Positions 49,332 through 58,254 of a stretch of 64,000 nt of DNA are shown here, piece after piece. The notes under the pieces are model-generated. The model had not been told where the DNA came from, made no database searches, and was given only the letters and a program-made list of their open reading frames with translations. Source of the DNA: Candidatus Latescibacterota bacterium (GTDB lineage Bacteria > Latescibacterota > UBA2968 > UBA8231); NCBI GenBank assembly GCA_965243025.1, contig CBDETY010000003.1, forward strand, positions 6,400,001-6,464,000, read 5' to 3'. The position numbers and the translations under genes are program-made. How positions within the stretch are numbered: the stretch's first letter is position 1; each line of letters opens with the position of its first letter.

Positions 49332-51110
49332 ATGTCCATGACCTCGCGCCCCAACATCGTCTTCGTCCTCACCGACGACCAGGGGTACGGCGACCTCGGC
49401 TGCCACGGCAACGACGCCATCCGAACGCCCTGCCTCGACCGCTTCCACCGGGACGCAGTGCGCTTCACCGACTACCACGTCGGCTCCACCTGCGCCCCAA
49501 CCCGCGCCGGCCTCCTCACCGGCCATTTCTGCAACAGCGCCGGCGTCTGGCACACCATCGGCGGCCGCTCGCTGCTGCGCGCCGACGAGTGGACCCTCGC
49601 CGACGCGCTCGCCGGCGCCGGCTACCGCACCGGGCACTTCGGCAAGTGGCACCTCGGCGACAGCCCGCCCTACCGGCCGCACGAGCGCGGCTTCGCCGAG
49701 TCCGTCTACCACGCCGGCGGCGGCATCGGCAACACCGGGGACCCCTGGGGCAACGACTACTTCGACGACACCTATTTCAAAAACGGCGTCCCCACGCAGT
49801 ACGAGGGGTACTGCACGGACGTGTTCTTCCGCGAGGGCCGGCGCTTCATCGCAGAGAACGCCGGCGGGCCCTTCTTCTGCTACATCGCCGCCAACGCGCC
49901 GCACGGACCGCTCAACGTCGAGCCTCACTACGTCGAGCCGTACCGCGGCGCCGCCCCGCACGAAGAGCGCGCCCGTTTCTACGGCATGATCGCCAACATC
50001 GACGAGAACTTCGGCCGCCTGCAGGCCGCGCTCGACGAGGCGGGTATCGCCGGCAACACCATCCTCGTCTTCATGACCGACAACGGCACCGCCACCGGGG
50101 TCGACCTCGACGCCGGCCAGTTCCCCCTGGAAGGGCAGGGAAGCTGCAACGCCGGAATGCGCGGCAGGAAAGGCTCTCCGTACGAGGGCGGCCACCGCGT
50201 GCCGTTCTTCATCCGCTACCCGGACGGGGGCATCGCCGGCGGCAGGGACATCGACGCGCTGACCAGCTACGTCGATTTCATGCCGACCCTGCTCGACTTG
50301 TGCGGAGTCGAAGTCCCGGCTGGCCGCACCTTCCACGGCAGGAGCCTGGTTCCGCTGCTGCGAGGCGCGGACGACGCAGCCTGGGCCGGGCGCGTCAACG
50401 TCTGCGACACGCAGCGCGTGGCCGATCCGGTCAAATGGCGCAAGAGCGCGGTGATGAAGGACAAGTGGCGGCTCATCGACGGCCGCGAGCTCTACGACCT
50501 CGGGGCGGACCCCGGCCAGCGGCAGGACATCGCACCTGAAAACCCGAAAGTCGTCGCCGACCTGCGCGCCGCGTACGACGACTGGTGGGAGCTCGTGTCG
50601 GAGCAGTTCGACCGCGACGAGCCGATGGCCCTCGGGGGGAACGATCAGCAGGTCAAGCTCACCACCCACGACATCCGCAACGAGGCCTGCAGCGCCGTCT
50701 GGAACCAGCGCCAGGTCCGCACCGGGCAGATCACGAGCGGCTACTGGGCCGTCGACGTAAAAGAGGCGGGCCGCTACCGGATCGAGCTGCGGCGCTGGCC
50801 CGAGGAGACCGGCTATGCCCTTGCCGCCGGGATCGAGGGGGACGACAGCGGCTGGTACCGCGACGGCATCCAGCCGCAAGAGGCTCCGGCCTACGAGGGC
50901 GGGGTAGCCCTATCCCTCGGCTGGGCGCAGCTGTCCATCGGCGGACTGAATTACCAGCAGGAAGTCGATCCTGCCGCGGCGAGCGCCTGCTTCGAACTCG
51001 ATCTGGGCGCGGGACCCGACCGGCTATACGCCTCGTTCTACGACCACGCGGAGCGGACCATCGCCCCTTACTACGTGTACGTGCGGAAGGTCAAGGAGCT
51101 CGCCGGTTGA
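49332..51110 (+). CDS. Arylsulfatase (Cys-type FGly sulfatase)
   Basis: RPNIVFVLTDDQGYGD, CAPTRAGLLTG, GKWHLG, DNG, KGSPYEGGHRVP. Confidence 0.96.
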   Translation: MSMTSRPNIVFVLTDDQGYGDLGCHGNDAIRTPCLDRFHRDAVRFTDYHVGSTCAPTRAGLLTGHFCNSAGVWHTIGGRSLLRADEWTLADALAGAGYRTGHFGKWHLGDSPPYRPHERGFAESVYHAGGGIGNTGDPWGNDYFDDTYFKNGVPTQYEGYCTDVFFREGRRFIAENAGGPFFCYIAANAPHGPLNVEPHYVEPYRGAAPHEERARFYGMIANIDENFGRLQAALDEAGIAGNTILVFMTDNGTATGVDLDAGQFPLEGQGSCNAGMRGRKGSPYEGGHRVPFFIRYPDGGIAGGRDIDALTSYVDFMPTLLDLCGVEVPAGRTFHGRSLVPLLRGADDAAWAGRVNVCDTQRVADPVKWRKSAVMKDKWRLIDGRELYDLGADPGQRQDIAPENPKVVADLRAAYDDWWELVSEQFDRDEPMALGGNDQQVKLTTHDIRNEACSAVWNQRQVRTGQITSGYWAVDVKEAGRYRIELRRWPEETGYALAAGIEGDDSGWYRDGIQPQEAPAYEGGVALSLGWAQLSIGGLNYQQEVDPAAASACFELDLGAGPDRLYASFYDHAERTIAPYYVYVRKVKELAG

Positions 51111-52047
51111 CGGCGGCCCGGTCTACGTCGCGGAAACTCGATTTGATGTAGGCCCACGAACTGTTCTCGACCAAGGTTCCCGAGGCCCCACTGCAGTCCT
51201 CTACGAAACAGGGGATCAACTCCGCATCCCCGAACGCGTCGGCTTGAACGACAACGAGCTCCCACTCCGTAAGGAAGTAATGAGCTGCGGGAGGCTCCTC
51301 ATCCATGTCTTGGATCCAAAGCTGGAACCCTATGACCTTGCCGCCGAAGAGCTCGCTTCGTTCGCTCGATTCCGGACCCTCCCAGCTGAGACGGTCCCAG
51401 GCAGTAAGAGCGACCTCCACGCCGGATATGTGAGGAGACTCACCGCCTGCGAACCCGCCGCTTTCCCCCCACGGACTCTCCGTTGCCCATTCCCGATCAA
51501 AACCGTCTACCGTAAAGATTTCACCATCCGGCGAGGTAGGAATTGCGGAGTACAATTGCGCTTGGGAAGCGGTGTTCAATCTCTGTTCCTCTTCATCCAG
51601 TTCAGCGAAATAATTGAAAATCCCGCCGCTATGATCTCCGTCAATTCCGATCAATACTTCATCTCCAGCTCCGGTGGCAACGTATTCTACCCCACGAACT
51701 GTATAGGTAAATTCGTCGATGTACTCGTCATCCACTCTTCCGAGGGCAACCAGAATACGTTGGCTGCGGTAGTGCCACGCGAGAAAAACCCGGAACGTGA
51801 AATCCTTCGGATCGATCTCCGCGGGAAATGACAGCTTTCCTCCACTCAGTGAGTGAAAATCGGTCATGAGCAGCGACTCGGGGACAACGTCAAGCCAGTC
51901 GCTGATGGTGCCGTCGTCAAAACTCGGCAGAGCGGAGGTGGGAATCTCCATTATCCCGAACACCCTGTCGCCGGTGTGCGCAAAAGTGTCCTGGCAGCTG
52001 CCGGCCGCAACGAGCCCGAAAACGATTACTGCGAGCAAGGTCCTCAA
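51091..52047 (-). CDS. Secreted acidic protein, CBM9/DOMON-like, with C-terminal ..VEN.SW..IK tail
   Basis: Signal peptide; DGTISDW, VFLAWH, IDGDHSGG, GKVIGFQLWIQDMD; TLVENSSWAYIKSSF. Confidence 0.7.
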   Translation of the reverse strand: MRTLLAVIVFGLVAAGSCQDTFAHTGDRVFGIMEIPTSALPSFDDGTISDWLDVVPESLLMTDFHSLSGGKLSFPAEIDPKDFTFRVFLAWHYRSQRILVALGRVDDEYIDEFTYTVRGVEYVATGAGDEVLIGIDGDHSGGIFNYFAELDEEEQRLNTASQAQLYSAIPTSPDGEIFTVDGFDREWATESPWGESGGFAGGESPHISGVEVALTAWDRLSWEGPESSERSELFGGKVIGFQLWIQDMDEEPPAAHYFLTEWELVVVQADAFGDAELIPCFVEDCSGASGTLVENSSWAYIKSSFRDVDRAAVNRRAP

Positions 52048-52085
52048 GCTTCACCTCCTTGGTGTTCCCTTACAAATTGGGCGAG

Positions 52086-53537
52086 CTAAAGCTCGGGAAA
52101 GACGTTGCATCCATCCGGAGCCGTCCAGAGATCGGGCACCCGCTCCGAGGAGATGCGTGCATTCCTGCCGAATTCCTCGAGCACCCGATAGTCGTTCCGA
52201 GTGGTTTCGAGCGTTCGGAGAACCGTCTCACCGGACCAACCGGCCCTGACTTCCGCGAGCAGTTCATCCCGGATGCCTGAACAAGCGGTGTCATCCGCGA
52301 GGTCGTTCCACTCACCGGGATCGTTGTCGAGATCGAACAGCTGCGGTCGGTCATACCCGTGATAGCAGTTCAGTTTCCACTGCCCGCGGCGGATCATCCT
52401 GGCGGGGGCATCCCCCCGGACTCCGCCCAGCTCCGCGAACGCCGTGTCGGGCCAGTCGGGAACCTTTCCATCGCCGGCAAGGAATCCTTTCAGACTGCGA
52501 CCGCGTGCCCCGGACATCGGTTCCCCCCCTGCGAGGTCGACGAGCGTCGGCCCGAGATCTTGAAGGCTGGTGACCTCGGAGATCGTCCGGCCCTCGGCAA
52601 ACTGTCCGGGGGAGGAGAAGATGAGTGGAACGCCGACGGAGTCCTGGTAGAAACTGGACTTCCACCACATCCGGTGCACCCCTGCCATTTCACCGTGGTC
52701 GGACGTGTAGACGATCAGTGTGTTTTCCCCGAAGCGGGTATCCCTCAGGGTCGACAGGATCTTTCCGATCTGTTCATCCATGAATGTTACCAGACCGTAG
52801 TACGCGGCGCGTGCAGTTCGCACCTGCTCGTCCGTCAGTTCATCGACCTGCCGGTTTTGCCGCCACGCTTTCAGGAACGGGTGCAGCGAACCTCGGTACC
52901 CTTCGGGAAGTTGCGGCACGTCGATCTTCTCGAAGTACTCGTCGAAAAGCGGTTTCGGCGCGATGAAAGGACAGTGCGGAAGGATTAATCCAACTGTCAT
53001 GAAGAAGGGGCGGTCCCCCGGGTTCACGTCCGACGATTCGAGGAACCGGCAGCAGGCCTGCGTTACATCTTCGTCGTAGCGGCCGTAGGCGGTGCGCCCC
53101 GGACCTGCGACCTTGACCCCGGCCGCGGTCTGGCCGGCGGTGGAGATGGGGATGGGTTCCAGTTGCGGGCTGCTGATATCCCCGATGATCCGTCGTTCGA
53201 AACCGTGCCGCTGGTCGGGGCCGTTGAAGTGCATACGGCCGCACAGAATGGTTTCGTATCCGGCGTTGACGAGGTGATGGACGAAGGTGGGTATGTCGGA
53301 CTGGAGGCGGCAGGCATTGGTCCAGACACGGATATCCGAGCTGTGGCGGCTCGTCAGGAACGTCATCCGCGAAGGAACGCAGAGGGGATTGGCACAGTGA
53401 TTGGCGGCAAAGCGAACCCCGCTGGCGGCAAGATGGTCGAGCGTCGGGGTCCGCACCACGTCGTCCCCGGCACACCCGAGGACGTTCGGGCTGTGCTGAT
53501 CCGACATGATCAGCAGTATGTTCGGACGGTTTGTCAT
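52086..53537 (-). CDS. Sulfatase (choline-sulfatase-like)
   Basis: RPNILLIMSDQH, CVPSR, GRMHF, PHCPF, SDHGEMAG, LFDL.NDPGE. Confidence 0.95.
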   Translation of the reverse strand: MTNRPNILLIMSDQHSPNVLGCAGDDVVRTPTLDHLAASGVRFAANHCANPLCVPSRMTFLTSRHSSDIRVWTNACRLQSDIPTFVHHLVNAGYETILCGRMHFNGPDQRHGFERRIIGDISSPQLEPIPISTAGQTAAGVKVAGPGRTAYGRYDEDVTQACCRFLESSDVNPGDRPFFMTVGLILPHCPFIAPKPLFDEYFEKIDVPQLPEGYRGSLHPFLKAWRQNRQVDELTDEQVRTARAAYYGLVTFMDEQIGKILSTLRDTRFGENTLIVYTSDHGEMAGVHRMWWKSSFYQDSVGVPLIFSSPGQFAEGRTISEVTSLQDLGPTLVDLAGGEPMSGARGRSLKGFLAGDGKVPDWPDTAFAELGGVRGDAPARMIRRGQWKLNCYHGYDRPQLFDLDNDPGEWNDLADDTACSGIRDELLAEVRAGWSGETVLRTLETTRNDYRVLEEFGRNARISSERVPDLWTAPDGCNVFPEL

Positions 53538-53568
53538 CGCTGCCGCGATCCACACATCGTTCGTTCAC
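53538..53568 (-). pseudogene. vapC: VapC (PIN) toxin scar
   Basis: GTG overlapping the antitoxin stop, then only ACG AAC GAT GTG TGG ATC GCG GCA GCG = TNDVWIAAA (PIN motif P.ND.WIAA), fused in frame to the sulfatase ATG. Confidence 0.7.
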
Positions 53569-53810
53569 CGCCAGTACCGTTCATCGACGACTCGCTGCGC
53601 ATGCAGCGCATCGGTAAACTCCGAGAGGTCGTCGGCCGTCCACGTGACGTATCGGCGCAGGCGGTCGCGGCGCGCATCCAGCCCGACCGCGTCTTTCAGG
53701 AGGCGCAGCACGGTGCTGTTCAGGCTCTCACCGCGTTCGGCGCTGACAGCGCGAAGCCGCCGCGAGAGTTCGGGATCGACATTGCGCAGGGTAATCTGAG
53801 TAGCAGGCAT
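53565..53810 (-). CDS. Ribbon-helix-helix antitoxin (FitA/VapB-like)
   Basis: QITLRNVDPELSRRLR..S...G.SLN..VL.LL...WT..D..EF......QR.VDE..WR. Confidence 0.85.
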   Translation of the reverse strand: MPATQITLRNVDPELSRRLRAVSAERGESLNSTVLRLLKDAVGLDARRDRLRRYVTWTADDLSEFTDALHAQRVVDERYWR

Positions 53811-53836
53811 GACATCGAATCTACTGTCATGCCTGC
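53803..53836 (-). promoter_or_regulatory. Antitoxin operator: perfect 12-bp inverted repeat spanning -10 box and start codon
   Basis: GCAGGCATGACA-N10-TGTCATGCCTGC; TAGATT on the minus strand in the spacer; ATG within the arm (leaderless). Confidence 0.75.
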
Positions 53837-54178
53837 ACGCGTCCATTCCGACCCGCGGCGCGGGACCAGCGCGGCGCGCTTCTCGATCAAATGCAACGGC
53901 GAAAAGAACCGGGTTCGTGGTTCGGTCGGAACGCCGGGTCTGAATGCTTATTATTCAGCGGCACGGTGTTCGTGATGTGCGAACACCGAGACCCTGCCAT
54001 CGCCGAACCGGGCAGCTGTTGCCGAGGTCGACGAAAGCTATTTGGTGACATTGAGCTCTACCCCGGGACTCGCCCTTTTTCCGCGCCCCCATTCGGCGGC
54101 CAATTCCTCAGGAGCAGTCATCTCTTTCATAACCGAAATGGTTTTTCTCCCGGGCACCGGGCACGTGAGTCGCCTCGG

Positions 54179-55207
54179 ATGAAGACTCTTCCCCGCCGCT
54201 TCCTCGTGTTTTCGCTGCTTCTGCCGGTTGCCATGCTCGCCTGCGGTGACGGCGGCAAGGACAGGGTCACCGACAGCGGCGGGCAGTCTCTCCCGGAGCA
54301 ACTGACCATAAAAGAGGTACTGTACCAGAAAGACGGATCGGCGGTCGTCGTTCTGCTGCGGCCGGACGGCCGCGTGGTGCAGCTTCCGATCGCCGAATGC
54401 GCCAGCGATGTCGTTTACGACAAGATCCACGACATCCCCTTTCCCCGACCCCTGACACACGATCTTTTCAAGGAAGTCGCCGATGAGCTCGGACTCGCCG
54501 TCCCGCGGGTCACGATCGACGTGGTCGGAGATTCGGCCGTCGCCCACGTCTCGGTGGCGCGCGGGAGCACCGTCGTCGACCTGGAGGCCTCCCCCGGGGA
54601 CGCGTTGGCGGTCGCACAACTGACTTTCGCCGATATCGTGGGAACGGCGGCTCTGCTCGAGCAACTGACGGTGGGACTGGAGGACGGGTCGGAATCGACT
54701 GCCCCCGCGGAAAAAACGGCCCTCGGCGGGCAGCCGGCGCCTGCGGCGCGGCAGTCCCAGTGGCAACCGGTAGCGCTGAGTTTCCTGGCCTTCTCCCGGA
54801 ATCCGGCCCGGGGCGGTGTGGGGCTGTTGTTCATCGACGCGGATTCGACCTCCGTCTTCACCATGATTGTCGGCTTCTGCCAGGGCATGGCATTCTACCA
54901 GGCTTTGCAGAATGTGCAGCTCGGCCCCTTTCCCGCTCACCGGCTTCTCTACAATCTCGTGGAAGCGGGGAACGGGACCATCACGCACGCCGGGGTGATC
55001 GCCATTGAGGACCATACATTCATTGGGGAGCTGGGGATCCGCGGTGACGGCGGGGATGCCGCGATCGACGCGCGGCCGAGCGACGCGGTCACGCTGGCCA
55101 CCCTGGCGGGAGCGCCGGTCCTGATCGACGCGGACCTCCTGGCAGAGCACCGGGAAGACGCAGCTCCTTACCTGCGACAACTGGAGGATCAGGGCGGCGG
55201 CGGGTAA
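54179..55207 (+). CDS. Putative lipoprotein with two DUF151 (bifunctional nuclease) domains
   Basis: MKTLPRRFLVFSLLLPVAMLAC; domain 1 LPI..C...RPLTHDLF...ASPGDALAVA; domain 2 ...IDARPSDAVTLA...GAPVLI. Confidence 0.8.
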   Translation: MKTLPRRFLVFSLLLPVAMLACGDGGKDRVTDSGGQSLPEQLTIKEVLYQKDGSAVVVLLRPDGRVVQLPIAECASDVVYDKIHDIPFPRPLTHDLFKEVADELGLAVPRVTIDVVGDSAVAHVSVARGSTVVDLEASPGDALAVAQLTFADIVGTAALLEQLTVGLEDGSESTAPAEKTALGGQPAPAARQSQWQPVALSFLAFSRNPARGGVGLLFIDADSTSVFTMIVGFCQGMAFYQALQNVQLGPFPAHRLLYNLVEAGNGTITHAGVIAIEDHTFIGELGIRGDGGDAAIDARPSDAVTLATLAGAPVLIDADLLAEHREDAAPYLRQLEDQGGGG

Positions 55208-55270
55208 CGGCCGCCAGCCCCGGCAGATCACCGGCTGTTATCGGCGGCTCCGAGGGGACCGGGTTATTCC

Positions 55271-56059
55271 ATGTTGACAGATCGGCAAATCAGCCATTTC
55301 CAGGCGTTCGGCCTGTTGATCCTTCGCGGCGCTTTCTCCAGGGCCGAAACCGGGGAGCTCATCGATGAGACGGAGAGGTTGTACCGCCGCATCCTCGGGC
55401 GCGAACCGCGGGAGGACGAGGTGATCTGGGAACCCGAGTTCGTCGAACGCAGCGAGCAGTTGACGGGGCTGATCGATGACGAGCGCATCCACGAGGCTGC
55501 CCGCGACCTGATCGGAGACCGCTTTCTGTGGGTCGGTTCGGAAGGCATGCGGGGGGTGGACCGGAACGGACCGGTCCATCACTGGCATACCGACGGGGAC
55601 GAATCCCGGGTGAAGCTGACCTCCCGGCGTCTGAAGATCATGCTCTACCTCGACCCGCTGACCCGGGACAATGGTGCAATTCGCGTTATTCCGGGGTCGC
55701 ACCGGCCGCCCCTGTTCGACACCCTGCTGCCTTTCCAGAAGGAGCATACGAGGGAAAGCCCCCGCTTTTTCGGGCTGCAGGGCCAGGACATACCCGGGTG
55801 CGCGGTGGAGACGGCTCCAGGCGACATCGTGATCCTGAACCCCTGGATATTTCACTCCGTGTACGGCAAGGTGGGGAGGCGGAGAACCATCGTCCTGAAG
55901 TTGGCCGGGCGGCCCCGGACCGCCGGCGAACTGGCAGAGCTGGGAAAGTCTCCGGGCATCTTCCGCCCTCATCGAGCCCTGCTGGAAAGCAGGAACCCCC
56001 GGATCAGGGGGATGTTCGATGACCTGGCCGCGCTCGAAAAGAAGGTGGCCGCGGTATGA
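55271..56059 (+). CDS. PhyH-family dioxygenase
   Basis: LTDRQISHFQAFG, WHTD, YLDPL..DNGAIRVIPGSH, PGDIVI....FHS. Confidence 0.9.
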   Translation: MLTDRQISHFQAFGLLILRGAFSRAETGELIDETERLYRRILGREPREDEVIWEPEFVERSEQLTGLIDDERIHEAARDLIGDRFLWVGSEGMRGVDRNGPVHHWHTDGDESRVKLTSRRLKIMLYLDPLTRDNGAIRVIPGSHRPPLFDTLLPFQKEHTRESPRFFGLQGQDIPGCAVETAPGDIVILNPWIFHSVYGKVGRRRTIVLKLAGRPRTAGELAELGKSPGIFRPHRALLESRNPRIRGMFDDLAALEKKVAAV

Positions 56060-56105
56060 CCGCCTCAACCGGCATGCACCGCAGCTCTCAAGAGAGGAGG
56101 ATACT

Positions 56106-57149
56106 GTGAAAGGGGTGATATTCACGGGAGACCGGAAAGCCGAAATCAGGGAGTTTCCCACCCCGGAACCCGGCCCCGGAGAGGTGCGGGTGCGCATGAA
56201 GACCTCCTCGATCTGCGGCACGGACATGCACTTCTACCGCAAGAGCTGGGAAGACCTGGTGGCCTTCCGGGAGGTGCTGGGGGGATCCCCGGACACGATC
56301 ACGGGGCATGAGCCCTGCGGCGTCGTCGAGGAGACCGGAGCGGGCGTGAGGTCGTTCCGGCCCGGCGACCGGGTCTCGGTCTATCCGCACATCGGCTGCG
56401 GCACCTGCCGCTACTGCCGTCTGGGGGACGTCATGTTCTGCCCCGACCGCGGCAGCTACGGAACGAAGTACGACGGTTCGGCGGCGGACTGCGTGATCGC
56501 TCCGGAGCGCAACTGCCTCTCCCTGTCCGATGCCATCGATTTCGAGAAGGCCGCGGTGCTCGCCTGTGTCGGGAGCACGGCCTACCAGTCGATCGAGAGG
56601 GTGGATGCCTCCGGAGAGGACACCATGGGGATCTTCGGCCTCGGCCCGGTCGGCCTCTGCGCGGTGGCGTTCGCCGCGGCGCGCGGCGCGCGCGTGATCG
56701 GGGTCGACCTCGTCCCCGAGCGTCTCGAGCTGGCGCAGCAGTTGGGGGCGTGGCAGGTCATCGACGCTTCAGGGGGAGATCCGGCCGAGACGGCGCTGGA
56801 TCTCACCGACGGCAAGGGGATCAGCGCCGGCGCCGACTACTCCGGCCACCACCGGGCGCAGGAGGCGATGATGGCGTGCGCCGGGAAATACGCCCGCCTG
56901 GCGATCGTCGGGGTGGGTGAGAAGTTTCAGGTGGACACCTTCCAGGGCATGATCATGAAGCAGATGACGTTGACCGGTTCGTGGCTCTACAACATCGGCC
57001 TGTACGAGGAGGTGGTCGATTTCGTGCTGGAAAAGGAGCTGCCCCTCGAACGGCTCGTCACCCACCGGTTTCGCCTCGACCAGGCGATCGAGGCTTTCGA
57101 GCTGTTCGACAGCGGCAGGTGCGGAAAGGTTCTCTTCACATGGGACTGA
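56106..57149 (+). CDS. Zn-dependent alcohol dehydrogenase (MDR family)
   Basis: ICGTD.H, GHEPCG, CGTCRYC......C, GLGPVG; GAGGAGG RBS before GTG 56106. Confidence 0.95.
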   Translation: MKGVIFTGDRKAEIREFPTPEPGPGEVRVRMKTSSICGTDMHFYRKSWEDLVAFREVLGGSPDTITGHEPCGVVEETGAGVRSFRPGDRVSVYPHIGCGTCRYCRLGDVMFCPDRGSYGTKYDGSAADCVIAPERNCLSLSDAIDFEKAAVLACVGSTAYQSIERVDASGEDTMGIFGLGPVGLCAVAFAAARGARVIGVDLVPERLELAQQLGAWQVIDASGGDPAETALDLTDGKGISAGADYSGHHRAQEAMMACAGKYARLAIVGVGEKFQVDTFQGMIMKQMTLTGSWLYNIGLYEEVVDFVLEKELPLERLVTHRFRLDQAIEAFELFDSGRCGKVLFTWD

Positions 57150-57219
57150 CCTTCCCGCGCGGACGCGACCGCGAACGGAGCCGGATGGCTCCCGGATTTT
57201 CAACTATGGAGTTCAGAAC

Positions 57220-58194
57220 TTGAAAAAACCAGAAACTGACGGCCCCTGGCCGGACATGCTGCTGTCGCCGGCCCAACTGGAGGAGTTCAAGGCGGAGGGG
57301 ACGCTCCTGATTCCGGGATTGGTGCCTCCCGACGTGCTCGAGGGGTGGCGGGACCAGATACGCGCCGCCTGCTCGAAGGACGGGGTCGACATCGACGACC
57401 CCGGCACCTGGCCTTCCGGGCGCTACGCACCCGAGGGGGGCTGGCCCGGGTTCAGCCCCTGCCTGTACGACCTGCCGAACCTGCAGTCCGTGGTGGAGCA
57501 GATCGGCGGCGGGGCTTTCGCCCCTTCACACCCGGCGGGTGAGCCGTGGTCTCCGCAGATTCCAATGACCCGGGTGATCCTTCCGAGCCCTCCCGGCACC
57601 GAGTGGGAACCTCCTGCCGACGGTCACCTCGATGGCTACGCGACCGGCTGGGGCGGTGGGTTCATGGCCTTCCTCGCGGTGCTGCTCTGGGACGTCAGCA
57701 GCCCGAGGGGCGGGGGCACGGCCTGGTGGCCGCGGTCGCACCTGGCGAACCACCGGTATTTCCTGGAGCATCCCGGGCAGTTCGACGGCTCCTACCTCTT
57801 CTCGGAGCCGGTGCGCAGCGGCGGGCACCGGGCAATCCTGGAGGGAGACCCGGATGTGGGCGAGATGGTGTGCATGACGGGGCGGGCCGGCGACGCCATG
57901 CTGATCCACGGCCTCACCACCCACATCGGCTCGCAGAACGCGGCGGGGTCGCGGCAACCGCGGGTGGCGCAGTTCGCGCGCTACTCCCACAGGGAGATGC
58001 GCCAGCAGGCGCCGATGGTCATGTTCCCCGACAAGGACGGCACGCCGTGGTCGCCGCCGGCGCCGGCGGCGTCCGAGGATGACGACAACACCCCGACGGG
58101 ATTTCTGCCGCCGGATCACCCGGGCCGGAAGCTCATCCGGTACGACGTGCCTGAGAACCTCTGGAAATACTGGGGCCCTGCTCTCAACAGCTGA
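57220..58194 (+). CDS. PhyH-family dioxygenase
   Basis: LSPAQLEEFKAEG, GHLD, GGGT..WPRSH, AGDAMLIH..T.H..S.N, R.AQF. Confidence 0.85.
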   Translation: MKKPETDGPWPDMLLSPAQLEEFKAEGTLLIPGLVPPDVLEGWRDQIRAACSKDGVDIDDPGTWPSGRYAPEGGWPGFSPCLYDLPNLQSVVEQIGGGAFAPSHPAGEPWSPQIPMTRVILPSPPGTEWEPPADGHLDGYATGWGGGFMAFLAVLLWDVSSPRGGGTAWWPRSHLANHRYFLEHPGQFDGSYLFSEPVRSGGHRAILEGDPDVGEMVCMTGRAGDAMLIHGLTTHIGSQNAAGSRQPRVAQFARYSHREMRQQAPMVMFPDKDGTPWSPPAPAASEDDDNTPTGFLPPDHPGRKLIRYDVPENLWKYWGPALNS

Positions 58195-58254
58195 TTCCCC
58201 CCCGGGGGTTCTACCGCAGTCCCATATGGAATTTGAGGTCCCGGATTTTCAGGC

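Noticed and set aside
53533-53567. Antitoxin TGA is in frame with the sulfatase and followed by a small hairpin (ATCGC-GGCA-GCGAT), which could suggest Sec read-through
   Set aside because: The TGA is at the normal antitoxin C-terminus with a GTGA overlap, there is no Cys/redox context, and the downstream codons are explained as a vapC scar.
53850-53945. Stretch reminiscent of sequence associated with IS91-like elements
   Set aside because: Only a vague resemblance from memory; no transposase ORF or ends identifiable.
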